Below are positions 13,155 through 25,261 of a stretch of DNA of 64,000 bases, in pieces. Numbering within the stretch: the first letter of the stretch is position 1; each line of letters begins with the position of its first letter. The notes under the pieces are model-generated. The model did no database searches, had not been told where the DNA came from, and was given only the letters and a program-made list of their open reading frames with translations. This stretch comes from Stegostoma tigrinum (Eukaryota), in the NCBI RefSeq assembly GCF_030684315.1, contig NC_081373.1:51136864-51200863 (forward strand), written 5' to 3'. Both the position numbers and the translations under genes were made by a program.

Positions 13155-13932
13155 GTAATTTGATTTTCATTTTACTGTGTACCGAAATACAGTGAAAAGC
13201 TTTGTTTACGAGTGGTACAGGCAGATTACAGCAAGCAAAGGATGAACAGATCAAAAAGACTTCAGTGTACAAGTTACATTATTTGAGGCTCGAGTCCATT
13301 CAACACTCTGATAACGGCTAGAAAGCTGTTCCTGAACCTGTTCGTGCATGTGTTCAGGCTCCTGTATCTTCTGCCTGATGGAAGAGGTTGTAGGAGATCA
13401 TTACTGGGGTGTGTTGAGCCTTTGTTGATGTTAGCTGCCTTTCTGTGGCAACGAGCTGTGTAAATGAAGTCCATGGATAGAAGAGAGATAACAAGGTGTA
13501 GAGCTGGATGAACACAGCAGGCCAAGTGGCATCAGAGGAGCAGGGAGGCTGACGTTTCTATCCATGGATGGGAGGTTGGCTCCTGTGACGGCCTGGGCTG
13601 TGCACACCACCTTCTGTAGTTTCCTACGGTCCGGGGCAGAGCAGTTGCCTGACCAGGCCGTTATGAACCCAGACAGTATGGTTTCAATGGTGCATCCGTA
13701 GAAGTTGCGACCTTATGGACATGGCAAATTTCCTGCACCACCTGAAGAAGAGGAGGCATTGTTGTGCCTTCTTGACTGTTGCATTTACCTGGGAAGCCCA
13801 GGACAGGTCATCGGTTATGGTCACTCTAAGGAACTCGATGGTCTTCTCCCTCTCAACCTCAGTTCTGTTCATGTAAATGTAGGCGTGCTCTCCTCCTTTC
13901 TTTCTGAAGACGCTGATCAGTTTTTTAGTTTT
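13155..13932 (-). mobile_element. Rex1/Babar-type LINE 3' part with a nested PLE pLTR (~13484-13558)
   Basis: Minus peptides ITDDLSWASQVNATVKKAQQCL and LLQPLPSGRRYRSLNTCTNRFRNSF. Confidence 0.8.
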
Positions 13933-14826
13933 GACATTATAATTCCCCAGTGATGATATCTTCAGAAAGATGCGGAAGGAGACACCAGTAATGTAGAGAA
14001 CCAGGTGGGGAGTGTTTTTTTTCCTCTCTGTTGACACCATCATAAAACTTAAGGACATGCTGTATCATTGGTTGGGATTGATAGTGGCTGGAGAGGCCTG
14101 GGTGTTGGTGAACTTTGCCACTGGCATGCCTGGGTTTTGTTTTAAAGTAGGTTCCCCCTCAATCTTCAGACTATACGCAGGACAATGCTTAGCAAATGGT
14201 CTCACATTAAGCTATCTCTCACTGGACTCTTGTCATGTGATGATATAGAGTGCCTGTTCCCATAGTGAACATTACTGCTTTGCGAGATATCTCCTCCTGA
14301 GTCTCTAATCATATTAAAAACATAATTTACATTGTGCTACAGTTTGGTCCAGAAACATTTGGAATATCTGTTACTTACTGCATCAGCTGGAGAATTTAAC
14401 GTAGGTTGAAACTGTGCTTATGGGAAAGGAGGGAACACTCATGCTAACACTGAGTGACAGGAAATTGACTATTGAGGGTAATATCTGATGCACACAGTGT
14501 TCTTGACTTCTACACTGGCATTAGCTCTTGCAGACTCTCAATGCTGAACGTATTGCTGTCAACTCTTGAAGGCTTACATATAAAATGTGCATTAAAACTA
14601 TTGGATTTGATTTGATTTAGTGTAGTCGCACGTACCTGAGTACAGTGAAAAGCTTTGTTTGTGAGCAATACAGGCAGATCTAACTAAGTTTATTATATAA
14701 TTGTAATGCTAGTTATTTTGAAGACAACATCTTTACTTGTTGATAAATTCAAGTCCTCTTGAATTTGAAAGTTGAAAAATGCAGTGCCTTGAATCTCCAA
14801 AGGTCCTGCGTGTCTGGAATTTATGA

Positions 14827-15024
14827 CAGGCAGCAGGAACTGCAGATGCTGGACAATCCGAGATAACAAGGTGCAGAGCTGGATGAACACAACAGGCCAA
14901 GCAGCATCAGAGGAGCAGGAAGGCTGATGTTTCGAGCCTAGACCCTCTAGGCCCGAAACATCACCCTCTCTGCTCCTAAGATGCTGCTTGGCCTGCTCTG
15001 TTCATCCAACTCTACACTTTGTTA
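14827..15024. mobile_element. Palindromic PLE mini-insertion with 14-bp TSD
   Basis: Inverted pLTR arms meeting at ~14940-14950; TSD tctggaatttatga at 14813-14826 and 15025-15038. Confidence 0.85.
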
Positions 15025-15559
15025 TCTGGAATTTATGAGTGCTTTCATGCCACTGAAATGTCAGAAAAACTCAGTAAAAAATAAAAATGCCTCCCATTGA
15101 CATACTAATTTCCATCTTGCTAAACTTGGCTGGACTGCAGGAAGGTTTTGCAGCATTTCTATGTAGAACATATATTCACAAATGTCTTTCACCGACTCCT
15201 CACAAATATGAATACGAATCTGTGTGTTTGTTTTGTTAGATTACAGGCAGTAACTGGTTAAAGAACACTGCTAAATATAACCACAGCAATACCTACTGAG
15301 CTAATCACATCTATGGAGATGATTATTAAGGTTAATTTAGCTCATCTCTCAGCAGGAGCATCTAAAGAAAGACGGGACTTGCATTTGTACAGTCTTTTTC
15401 ACAACCTCCACAGTAAAACGAAGCACTACAACAGTGATTACATTCCGGAAATGTGGCAGGGTCGGCAGCCAATTTGTCTACGAGCAACAATCAAATTTTA
15501 GAAAATGAACATTTGCCTGTCAAGGTTGGTTGAGAAGTAAGTGTTGGGCCAAACAGTTT

Positions 15560-15848
15560 CAAGGCTAGCGGGCATATTTTTAAGGGGAGAAGGAAATAGA
15601 TTTAAAAAGGACATGAGGGGGCAACCCTTTTACACAGAGAGTGATTTGTGTGGGGAATGTACTTCTAGAGGAAGTGGTGCATGTGGGTACAGTGACAACG
15701 TTTAAAAGACATCTGGATAAGTACATGAATAGGAAAGGTTTGGAGGGATATGGGCCAAATGCAGGCAGGTGGGACTAGTTTGGCCATGGTCAGCATGGGC
15801 TGCTTGCATCAAAGGGTGTTTCTATGCTGTATCACTCTATGACTATAT
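15560..15848 (+). mobile_element. CR1 3' end (uninterrupted reference copy)
   Basis: ggataagtacatgaataggaaaggtttggagggatatgggccaaatg...ctgtatcactctatgactat. Confidence 0.85.
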
Positions 15849-16479
15849 CTTTAATCAGCAGGCTCTGTACTACCAAATGATTAACCTGAGTACTGGAAAA
15901 ATTGGAACAGGGCATTGGACCTGACCAGGCTATATAGCTCACCAATTTAACAGACTGTGCCAGTACTGGCTCTAATAGAAAGGTAAGAACGAGTTTGCAC
16001 CTATGCTGCAAACATTGTGAATGCTGAAAATCCATGAGGTCTTCTCAGAAAGCTGGTAATGATGAATAGTTACAGTCGAGGTACTAGGACTGGAGCTGGG
16101 CTTACACTGATGTTTAGGGTGGGGACACAGTCCCAGTGGAAGGGGTGGGAGTCACTGCCCCCACCCACCTGCTCCTTTCTTCATTTTCCACATTTCCCTT
16201 CATCTCTGTCACTCTGAAGCCATACTATCCCAGCACCCATCAGTTAGTTGTTTCGTCACTTCTTCCACTAAGCCAGCCCTGCTTTTGTCTGACACTGATG
16301 ACCCCCTTTTATCACTGAATTACTCCAGTTCTCTACCCTATCCCTCTCATAAAGATCGCTGGGGCCAGAGATCGGAAATCAGTGCTGAAGAAACTCAGCA
16401 GCTTCCGTGAAAAGAGGAACAGTATCGAGCGGATTGGTGACCCCAAATACTTTTACTAAACATCACCAGCCTAAGACGT

Positions 16480-16610
16480 TAAATAAAAGCCCGAAAGAAC
16501 TGCGGATGCTGTAAACCAGGAACAGGAGCAGAAGTGGCTGGAAAAGCTCAGCAGGTCTGGCAGCATCTGTGACAGTTAACGTTTCGGGTCCGGTACCCCT
16601 TCCTCAAAAG
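16480..16610 (-). mobile_element. PLE pLTR fragment ending at a hammerhead motif
   Basis: Minus strand tgaggaaggggtaccggacccgaaacgttaact. Confidence 0.7.
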
Positions 16611-17269
16611 GGAAGGCAAGATGTTAACTCAACTTTCCCCTTTACTCTGATTCTGTCCACTAGCTTGATGGGTATTTGTCAAGGACAGAACTAATGAACG
16701 GCTGGAAACATTAACCACTTCTCCCTCCATTGCTGCTGCCAGACACTGCATCCCGGTATCTTAAGTTTTTGTATTTGCATAGCACCTTTCAAGACTTCAG
16801 GCTTGCAGACAAACTCTTTTGAACTGTGGTCACCATGGCGATACAAGAGAAGAACGACAGCCAGTTCAAGTACAGTGGGCTCCCACCATGGTAATGTGAA
16901 TAAAAACAAGCTGGAGGGTGTTTTGACATCATGTTGATTAAGAAATAAATGTTGCTCAGGATACCAGGGCAGCTCCAGACTGGTAGTGCTAACCCAGGGG
17001 CACATTGGCATTTTAAAGATGGCACTGGGGCCAGGAATGTTGAGATATCCGCTGAGTGGTGAGTTGCTCCTGGAACTGTGTGGGGTGAAATGGTGGGGGG
17101 GGAACAGACACAATACTTGATGTAGGGGGTGAAGCAAGCAGAAATGGAGGTGGCGAGTCTGGTACAACACAGGTGAGAAAACCTGCTTAGTGCCACACTG
17201 AGAATCACTCCACAAACTTCAACATGACTCTCACTTCGGCAAAGAATCTGCCCAGAGGGGGCAACTATA

Positions 17270-18280
17270 AATGGGTCACTCTCAGGTTGCCAGCCTGTGA
17301 TGAAGCGGGACTACCACCACATGAATCGGTGCTCGGGCCCTAGCTGTTCGCAGGAACGTATTAACTGAGTGCCGTTCAGGGAACCTGGTGAGAACATTAA
17401 AGCTCTGGAATTAAAAGGGAAGAGGAGGTATGGCTACAAAATTGGCTCAGCGACCGGAAGCAAAGGAGGATAGCAAATGGTTATTTTTCCAGATTCGGAG
17501 AATACCTGTAGCAGTATTGGATCCACATTGGGCCTGTTAGTGATAGAGGTGGGTACACTTCACCACATTTAAAAGACACTTGGACAGATACACAAATAGG
17601 AAAGACTTAGAGGGATATGGGCCAAACGCAGGCAAGTGAGACTAGTTTAGTTTGGGAACACTTTGGCATGGACGAGTTGGGCTGAAGGGTCTGTTTCCAT
17701 GCTGTGTGGCTCTATGACTATGGTTCAGATGTGGTGTAGACGGTGACCAGAATATTCCCAAGTTTGGAGGCAAGACGTGTTGGGAATGTGAGCTGTGGCA
17801 GTGGCAACACAGAGGCTTCAAGGAGATTTTTGGCAGGCTGAGCAAGTGGAGAGGAATGTGGCAGATTCAATGGAATGGAGTGACTGTCCTACAGAGAGAG
17901 ATTGAGGAGACTGGGCCTGTATTCTCTGCAATGTCAAAGAATGCAGCACAATCTCAGGGAAACTCACTAAATTCTTAGCAGCGTAGATGCCGGAAGAATG
18001 CTCCTCCTTGCTGTGGGGTCTAGAACCAGGGACACAGTGTCAGAACAGAAAGCAAACCATTTAAGACTTAGAGGAGGAGGAACCTCTACATTCGAATGCC
18101 ACCCCAGGGGGTTTTGGAAGCTCAGTCACTGAGTACACTGAAGACAGAGATTAACCAATTTCTTGTTACTAATGACATTGCAGAATATAAGGATTGAGAG
18201 AGAATATGGGCAGCCATGGATCTAAAATGGCATAGCAGATTCAAGGGGCTGAATGGCCATTTCCTGCTACATTCCTACGG
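17270..18280 (+). mobile_element. Mosaic of decayed CR1 pieces
   Basis: Degenerate RT and C-terminal segments plus two 3' UTRs (17545-17720, 18200-18275). Confidence 0.65.
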
Positions 18281-19670
18281 CAGCAAAACGCCAGCAAAGT
18301 AACCTTGCGCGGTGAAGCGATGTGTCTGCTTTGACAATACACCCAAACCTCCTAAGTGGGTCCTGAATCCGGTAGCTCAAGGCATAGAGCAGAGAGATAC
18401 CAACTGAGACACTGCTGTGTCTCAGGAAGTTTGCTCAGCTTTAGTTAATAATACCGCAGCACCTGGGCTCAGCAGGATTACATTGCACGACAAACTGTAG
18501 TATGAATATGTTCCCCTGGGATGATAGTAATGTACAGCAATGACTCTCCCCAGTTTTCCCAACATCTGATATTCATGCCTCTGCCTGCTAACAAGAACCC
18601 ATCCAGATGTTTCTGCAAGCGAGCTACACGTGGATAGGAGAACTACTGCAGGCAGTTTTCACAACAGTCTTGAAAATTTCAACTCACTACCAGTTCCCAA
18701 AGCAGTTCCAGCACATTCCGATACCCAACGACCATTTGTGTTGCAAATTACTTCCTGACTTTACTCCTGGCTTGGATTTTAGGAACGGGGGGGTGGGGGG
18801 GGGGAGACGACTGCCCCCTGGGATACACCCAACGGGAAATCCCCGTTCATCCTACTGAAATACCTCAAATGATCTCCAACACATGAAGCTTCCAGACATA
18901 AAGAAATACACCCCAAATCTATGCAAGGTCGGGTACAGCTAAAGGGAGCAAGAGGAGTTTGAGTCACATCATATTATTGTATCTATCTTACCTGCATCAG
19001 TGTGTACTGGGTAAAGGATAGGGATGAGAAGCAAGCTGTATTTCATGCAAAGAAATCCAAAGTTATGATGCATTTTAGACACAAGGATGAGATAAGGCAA
19101 TCCAATCAAACGCTGTGATTTCAAAACAGGGGAGAGGGAGACCTGATGATAAAAAGGGGGTGCAAGAACAATGAGACAGGGACTGGGGGTCATACACATC
19201 AGTCTACATGGCTGAATGAGGGACCTGTGCTATTAAAAAGCCAATGGGATCACAGGCTTTCATAAATTGGGCATTCACTACAAAAGCTAAAAAAACTAAC
19301 ACCAGATGTTTATAAACCAGCTGACATATTGGGAATAACAAGGGCTTCCTGGAGTTTGTTGGTGTTTGGTTTCTGCCAATGGATGTGATGTCCAAGTGAT
19401 CAGTCACTCCCTTCCTGAAATGTGCTGCAACAGGACAACACATTTCCTGTTGCCTGTGTCAAAATGCACAAAGTTTGATGGCAATGCCATAACCCTCCTG
19501 ACAGTCCATTTCCATTGTATATCTTTGCTCAGCAGCTTCCAAAGATGCTCTGTGACCTCTCTGGAATGAATGTTTGATTAAAGCCAGTATCACTGTGGGA
19601 CAAAGGAAACTCTTTCAGGTTAAACAGGGTCACAAGCACATGGATGACTTGAACAGTTTGATATCCACGA

Positions 19671-19830
19671 AACTGCCGATGCTGGAGTCTGAGATAACAC
19701 AGTGTGGAGCTGGAGGAAGAACACAACAGGCCAGGCAGCATCAGAGGAGCAGGAAAGCTGATGTTTCGGGTTGGGACCTCCTTCTCTGATGCTGCCTGGC
19801 CTGCTGCGTTCATCCAGCTCCACACTGTGT
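19671..19830. mobile_element. Palindromic PLE mini-insertion
   Basis: Inverted pLTR arms; flanks tatccacga (19662-19670) and tatccaaga (19831-19839). Confidence 0.75.
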
Positions 19831-19861
19831 TATCCAAGAGGTTGAGCTGATTCACTTAAAC

Positions 19862-20170
19862 ACAGAAACATAGTAGGTAGAAACAGGAAGAGGTCATTTG
19901 GCCCTTCGAGCCTACTCCTGCATTCTTCATGATCATGGCTGATCATCCAACTCAACCGCCTAATCCTACTTTCTCCCGACAACCTTTGATCCCATTTGCC
20001 CCAAGTGCTATATCTAGCTGCCTATTGAATACATTCAATGTTTTGGCATCAACTACTTCCTGTGGTAATGAATTCCACAGACTCACCACTCTCTGGGTGA
20101 AACAATGTCTCCTCATCTCCGTCCTAAATCATCTACCCTGGACCCTCAGACTGAGACCCCTGGTTCCGGA
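19862..20170 (-). mobile_element. CR1 3' end
   Basis: gatcatggctgatc...gaattccacagactcaccactctctgggtgaa is the reverse complement of the CR1 C-terminus and 3' UTR. Confidence 0.8.
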
Positions 20171-20533
20171 CAAACCACCCCAATACCATCAGCTTCTCGC
20201 AGTTTCAGCTCCTGTGACATTTTGGCACAAAACACATCTCCAACATTGAGAAAGCAGCAGAATTGACCTGTTGACACATGGAGAAGGACAGGCCCTTCAG
20301 TCGCTCCAAACCCAGCAAATAAAGGAAAGTCCTGTTAGCTAGTGTCACGGATCATGCTAATTCTGTGCACCAATGGGGTCTTCGGGTCTGAAGCCAAGCT
20401 TATCGAACAAGTGCAGCACCATGAGGCACCCACCTTTGATTACGCAGAATGTTCACTTGCCTGGGTTACCAGTTTTATAGCACACTGAATTGTGATCAGT
20501 GTAGAGATAGATAGATAGATAGGTGGATGATGG

Positions 20534-20750
20534 TCAGATAGAGATGGAATTTGGAATCTTCTGTGAACTGCTGGAATACTCACTGTCTAAAGTAACAGAG
20601 ATGTGTTGTCTTTCTGCAGGATGCAGCTCCCTGCTGGGCGTCATGCCCACTGTGACCCAGTAGGTCTGGAACCCTGAAATCCATTGATCCCACGGCAGTG
20701 GTGGTCCTCCAGTGAAGGAAGGAAACATGTTGGAGCTGGTAAATTAAAAC
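20534..20750 (-). mobile_element. Relic Gypsy-type LTR-retrotransposon gag N-terminus
   Basis: Frameshifted NLPAPT..F / TGGPPLPWDQWISGFQTYWVTVG...QKIPNSI resembles the recalled fish Gypsy gag start (PGEPPxPWxxW..F..YL...QRIFxxL). Confidence 0.55.
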
Positions 20751-20773
20751 TGTGTTTTGGTCTTTGGAGATAT

Positions 20774-20973
20774 NNNNNNNNNNNNNNNNNNNNNNNNNNN
20801 NNNNNNNNNNNNNNNNNNNNNNNNNNNNNNNNNNNNNNNNNNNNNNNNNNNNNNNNNNNNNNNNNNNNNNNNNNNNNNNNNNNNNNNNNNNNNNNNNNNN
20901 NNNNNNNNNNNNNNNNNNNNNNNNNNNNNNNNNNNNNNNNNNNNNNNNNNNNNNNNNNNNNNNNNNNNNNNNN
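20774..20973. other. Assembly gap (200 N)
   Basis: Run of N; true size unknown. Confidence 1.
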
Positions 20974-21169
20974 ATTCCGATTCTGCAGCCTCATGCCACT
21001 GCTTGGTTTCAGTCTCGCTGAAGGTAGATCCACAGGCAAAACTGCACGGGACAGTGAGCACTCATCACACGCCTCAAACACTGAATAATTGAACACAACA
21101 CACCTCTTGAGACCCTCAAAGGAAAAGGTAAACACTGCGGATGTTTCAAACAAAAGCAAAACACAGCGT

Positions 21170-21350
21170 CTCTACCTCCTCCTTTAAGATGCTCTTTAAA
21201 AATCTGTCAGCTATCCCAAGCTTTTGGTTGTTTAATCTGATAACTCTGCACATGCGTACGAGTCAAATTTTGCTTCATGAACGTGCCTGTGAAGGGGCCA
21301 CATCACTATGATGAAGGGACATCAATAACAAGCTGCTATTTCAAAAGTAT
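21170..21350 (+). mobile_element. L2-type 3' tail
   Basis: ctcctttaagatgctctttaaaa...caagcttttggt...gtcaaattttg...cctgtgaag. Confidence 0.6.
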
Positions 21351-22541
21351 CTGCTTCAGTCTCAATAGGCACGTTCAAGTAATTCTTGGGTATGCAAAGC
21401 ATCACTTCAGTGGAGATAACATCACTGGGTCGGTGAACTGTGAGAACATGGTTGTTATGTGTGCAAATGACGGATTTACCTGATCATTGTGCAGTTTGAG
21501 AAAACAAAATTAGGAATGGATCCCAGAACAATTTTAAAAAATCATTTAACTGATACAAATCCAGAATGCACCCGGAAGAATTTATACAATTCATCATTTG
21601 TTCTCTTTAATAAAACCTCCTAACATTTGACACATACAGTTTGAGGTGCTGCTGCAATCTAGAAATGTTAAATACACAGACACATAGTACTCTCGCTGCT
21701 GACAACATTCAAAGCTAATAGGAGCGACACCCCAATGCATGGCTGCTTGGTCAGACTGTCTGCGCGTGCTCATAAACAACTGGGATGCAGAGGAACAGGT
21801 GACAACCAGGGGTGTGTCCTAAATGTGATAACGTGAATATTCTACATCCCCAAAAAACAACTCTCTCCTCTCCCCTACCTCATCTCCCTTCTGTTTCACC
21901 CTCCTGCCTCCCCAATTAGGCAGCAAAAGTTACAAAGTGGAATGGAATCTTTTCCGCTATTTTAACATAGGCTTCAGTTTATTTTAAATAGATGCCAATC
22001 TTGGTAGTGTATAGTATAACATAACCTGCACGTGTTACACTAGTCTAATGTAACAACACTCCGAGGGACAAATTCTGTTCGCAGTGCAGTATCGAGACAC
22101 CACATGTGAGAGGCAGAAACAATATAGAGTGCAAAATCTTATTTATCAGTAAAAGAGCAAAAGAATCTGTATATAGCACCAGAACCTACGAATCACTCAC
22201 TTTGGGGACAGGTCCATATATTATGCAAGAACTTATTCATCATGCATATGAAGAACTCATTTCTCTAAGCATTATACTCATTAAAGTTAATTAATTTTAT
22301 GAACTTTCTTCAGTTATGAATTTTAAGCAGTCAACGTGCTCATCATGCTGTTCTTTCATGCCTAAGTATTTCCACATTTAAAAAAAACCTGCTTCAAGTT
22401 ATTTCAGTAATAGATCAGAGTATAATCAAAGGCATGATCAAAGCCAACAAGTAGCTCAATTCCATAACTCAGTTTTTCATTATGTTCTATGCTGCACAAT
22501 GTTCATTTCTTGTCCCTATCAATATAAAAACAATATAAAAA

Positions 22542-23837
22542 TCAGGAATCCTGCAGAGGAAGGTGGAACGTGAGTATATCTCAGTCTAATTCTATACAGC
22601 TTCCACAACACCCTTTCTGTTTGTAGTATCATCTTAAAAACCCTCATCCCTGATGCAGAGCTCTCAATGCAGTATACAGATGGAGAGCACATAGAGTCCA
22701 ATGTTGCGCGTGTAGTGACAGATACGCATCAATACTGAAAGAGCATCTCAACCACAAAGCGCTAACCCTTTCATTTCGTGGGTTACAGGTTGGTTTTAAA
22801 CATTGCAAAAGTACTGCCCATCATATTGGAAAATACCACTGGTATGCAAAGGCTCTATCTAAGTCACTAACAGGATTTCAGTGAAGCAAGGACGGCTGAA
22901 GACACTGCAAAGTACACAGCGATGGTTTATCTGCATCAAGGGCGATACACATTGCAAATCATTGTTCTTGACTCTCAATGTGACATGCTGATTTGTTACA
23001 TCATCCAGAATTAAAAGGAACACAAAAATCAGTCTGCATTCTTAACAAAAAATCAGATGCTATTTGTCAAGGAACACAGCACATTGCAAAGTACTCAACA
23101 GCTAATGGAGGTGTGCTGAGGTATGCTCCTCAGTTATATGTAAAGTGAAACCTGGCACTCAATTTGCATAAGGCAAGTTCGGACAGCAACAGGTACGTGG
23201 GAAAGGGGGGGGAAAGGGAAGGATAGCACATTCAAATATTAAAGAAATCATTTCAGGTAACACTGACATTGTTTAGTCCCCCAGCTTGCAGTCATCTGTG
23301 CATCAAAAATATAACATCAGGGATGAGTAATAACTGCTGTCCTAGTCAGTGATGCTCACATCCCGTGGATGAAGGAAAAAAAATGTCAGATCAACCTGAT
23401 CTTCTTGAGCAAAGAACAGACCCAATGGTCTGGATGGCTTCCTGCTGCTTGTATGGTCTCATTGTTCTTGTAGGGCCCCTCAGAGATTCCTCCATTCCTG
23501 CTCCATTCATTGCCAGCAGCCATTGTCATTCCCACTGGCACGGCCTGTCTTGATTTGCCAGGAGCTTTTGGCAAGGGTGGGATTTCAGCCCTAAAGGTCC
23601 TTAATCCAGGAGCACACTGATCCTGTCCACTTAAACATGGATATTAATGTGGCTGACCTTCCTGAAAGGAGGCAACATTGGACTCTATATGCTCTCCATC
23701 TGTATACTGCATTGAGAGCACTGGATCAGGGATGAGGGTTTTTAAGATGAAACTACAAAGAGAAAGGGTGTTGTGGAAGCTGTATAGAATTAGACTGAGA
23801 TATACCCACATTCCACCTTCCTCTGCAGGATTCCTGA
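22542..23837. repeat. 166-bp inverted repeat (22542-22707 / 23672-23837) with 964-bp spacer
   Basis: Hand alignment gives 7 substitutions and no indels (~96%); arms do not match the other repeats in the window. Confidence 0.95.
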
Positions 23838-23899
23838 AGTAGTATGTGAAAGTGGAGCTGTGTGGTGATTTTCCAGCCATGATGGACAGAAAGATGGAC

Positions 23900-24299
23900 C
23901 GGGAACCCAACCCTCCTTCCACTGACCCCTTCACCCGCTTCCAACACAAGTCCTCCTCCTGGACACCACCCCCAGGCCTCCTACCCTCCCTCGACCTCTT
24001 CATCTCCAACTGCCGTCGAGACGCCGCACCCCCAGCTACCTACTAACCTCATCCCACCTCCTTGACCTGTCCGTCTTCCCTGGACTGACCTATCCCCTCC
24101 CTACCTCCCCACCCACACCTTCTCCACCTATCTTCTTTACTCTCCATCTTCGGTCCGCCTCCCCCTCTCTCCCTATTTATTCCAGTTCCCTCCCCCCATC
24201 CCCCTCTCTGATGAAGGGTCTAGGCCCGAAACGTCAGCTTTTGTGCTCCTGAGATGCTGCTTGGCCTGCTGTGTTCATCCAGCCTCACATTTTATTATC
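23900..24299 (+). mobile_element. Young internally deleted PLE
   Basis: NPPSTDPFTRFQHKSSSWTPPPGLLPSLDLFISNCRRD (also at 33120-33245, minus) fused directly to the pyrimidine-rich 3' UTR and pLTR. Confidence 0.85.
24204..24240 (+). ncRNA. Minimal type I hammerhead motif, intact core
   Basis: ct CTGATGA a gggtc ta ggccc GAAA cg TC ag; palindromic ACGT helix III. Confidence 0.7.
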
Positions 24300-24551
24300 C
24301 AACAAAGTAAGGCTTGCGACAGTTTCTGGGAGATTTGCTTGCACAGCAGTAGTGATCAGACGAGATCCTGTGGGGGATACACCACAAGTACCATTCTTTT
24401 CAGTTCTCTTATTGTTCAGACAACCATGAAGAGGGGCGAGTGTTTCCAAATCAGAAGATGCTATTGCTACACACACAGCCAATCACTGTCTGTTCCTCCA
24501 ACTCTCTCAGGAGCTCCCTCTGCATTTGACACAGGCAGCTGTTGTGTTTGT

Positions 24552-24565
24552 CCACTAGATGGAGC
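24552..24565 (+). promoter_or_regulatory. Candidate CTCF motif
   Basis: CCACTAGATGGAGC; motif match only. Confidence 0.3.
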
Positions 24566-25071
24566 AACACTGGGACACACTCTCCAGCTCCTTAGCTGCC
24601 TCAATGGAACATCACAAGAGCCGAGATTAACTGAGTCAGATCTGTGAATAGTAACTTCAAGAAGGATGTATTTTGCTGCTGCAGATATTAAAGTGTAACA
24701 GCACAATGAATGGGTAAGCAAAATAAATTGTTTGCTTTTGAAGGAAGGGGTCAGTTTCTCCAGTTGTGAGGCTGTTTGTATCTTGTGCCTGAATATAGCT
24801 GCAGCCAGTAAACAGCAGGCTACTCGATTAAGCTTCACACTACAGTCAATCATAATCATCTGGCACTGGTCAGAAAGCCCACCTGTCAGGACGGAGGACA
24901 GTCTTAGAACTGTACGAAGACTATCCTCCCACTCTAAAGGCAATGGTGAAAAAGGAAAGAATCGCCAAACTGGAAACTAAGTCGTGACTTGAGAATGACG
25001 CAGCCGACTTTCGCAGTCTACGTGGAAACATTTAAATTCGGAGCACGAGTAGGCAATTCAAACCTGCTACA

Positions 25072-25185
25072 GAGAGTCATGGAGACAGACCCTTTGGGTC
25101 CAAGCCATCCATGCTGACCAGATATCCTAATTAAATATTATCCCATTTGCCAACATTTGGCCCATGTCCCTCCAAACCCTTCCTA
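25072..25185 (-). mobile_element. Older CR1 3' end, left half of a split copy
   Basis: Ends at ...catttggcccatgtccctccaaacccttccta; the expected continuation appears at 28541. Confidence 0.85.
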
Positions 25186-25216
25186 CTTTTCCTACTTTTA
25201 TTTTCTACTTTTGTAG

Positions 25217-25261
25217 GAATTAATATCCTTGTGAAGTCCAAAGCATTCCAGTATGCCATGT
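25217..25261 (+). pseudogene. TPCN1: Isolated 45-nt exon of two-pore channel 1
   Basis: ttttctacttttgtAG | GA ATT AAT ATC CTT GTG AAG TCC AAA GCA TTC CAG TAT GCC ATG T | GTgagt = (G)INILVKSKAFQYAM(Y), matching the recalled vertebrate TPC1 segment KGINILVKSKAFQYFMY; phase 1-1; flanking exons not found in the window. Confidence 0.8.

Noticed and set aside
16808-16840. Resemblance to TPCN1 TLFELTVV coding sequence
   Set aside because: Out of frame and better explained as Deu-SINE tail sequence.
20641-21159. ORFs spanning the N run
   Set aside because: Gap artefacts.
22789-22841. Possible exon (ctaac branch point, acAG...GTatgc) inside the inverted-repeat spacer
   Set aside because: No recognisable peptide in any frame; splice-like motifs alone are insufficient.
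22542-23837. Tc1/mariner or MITE with long TIRs (arms begin near CAGG)
   Set aside because: No TA or other TSD, and no transposase remnant inside.
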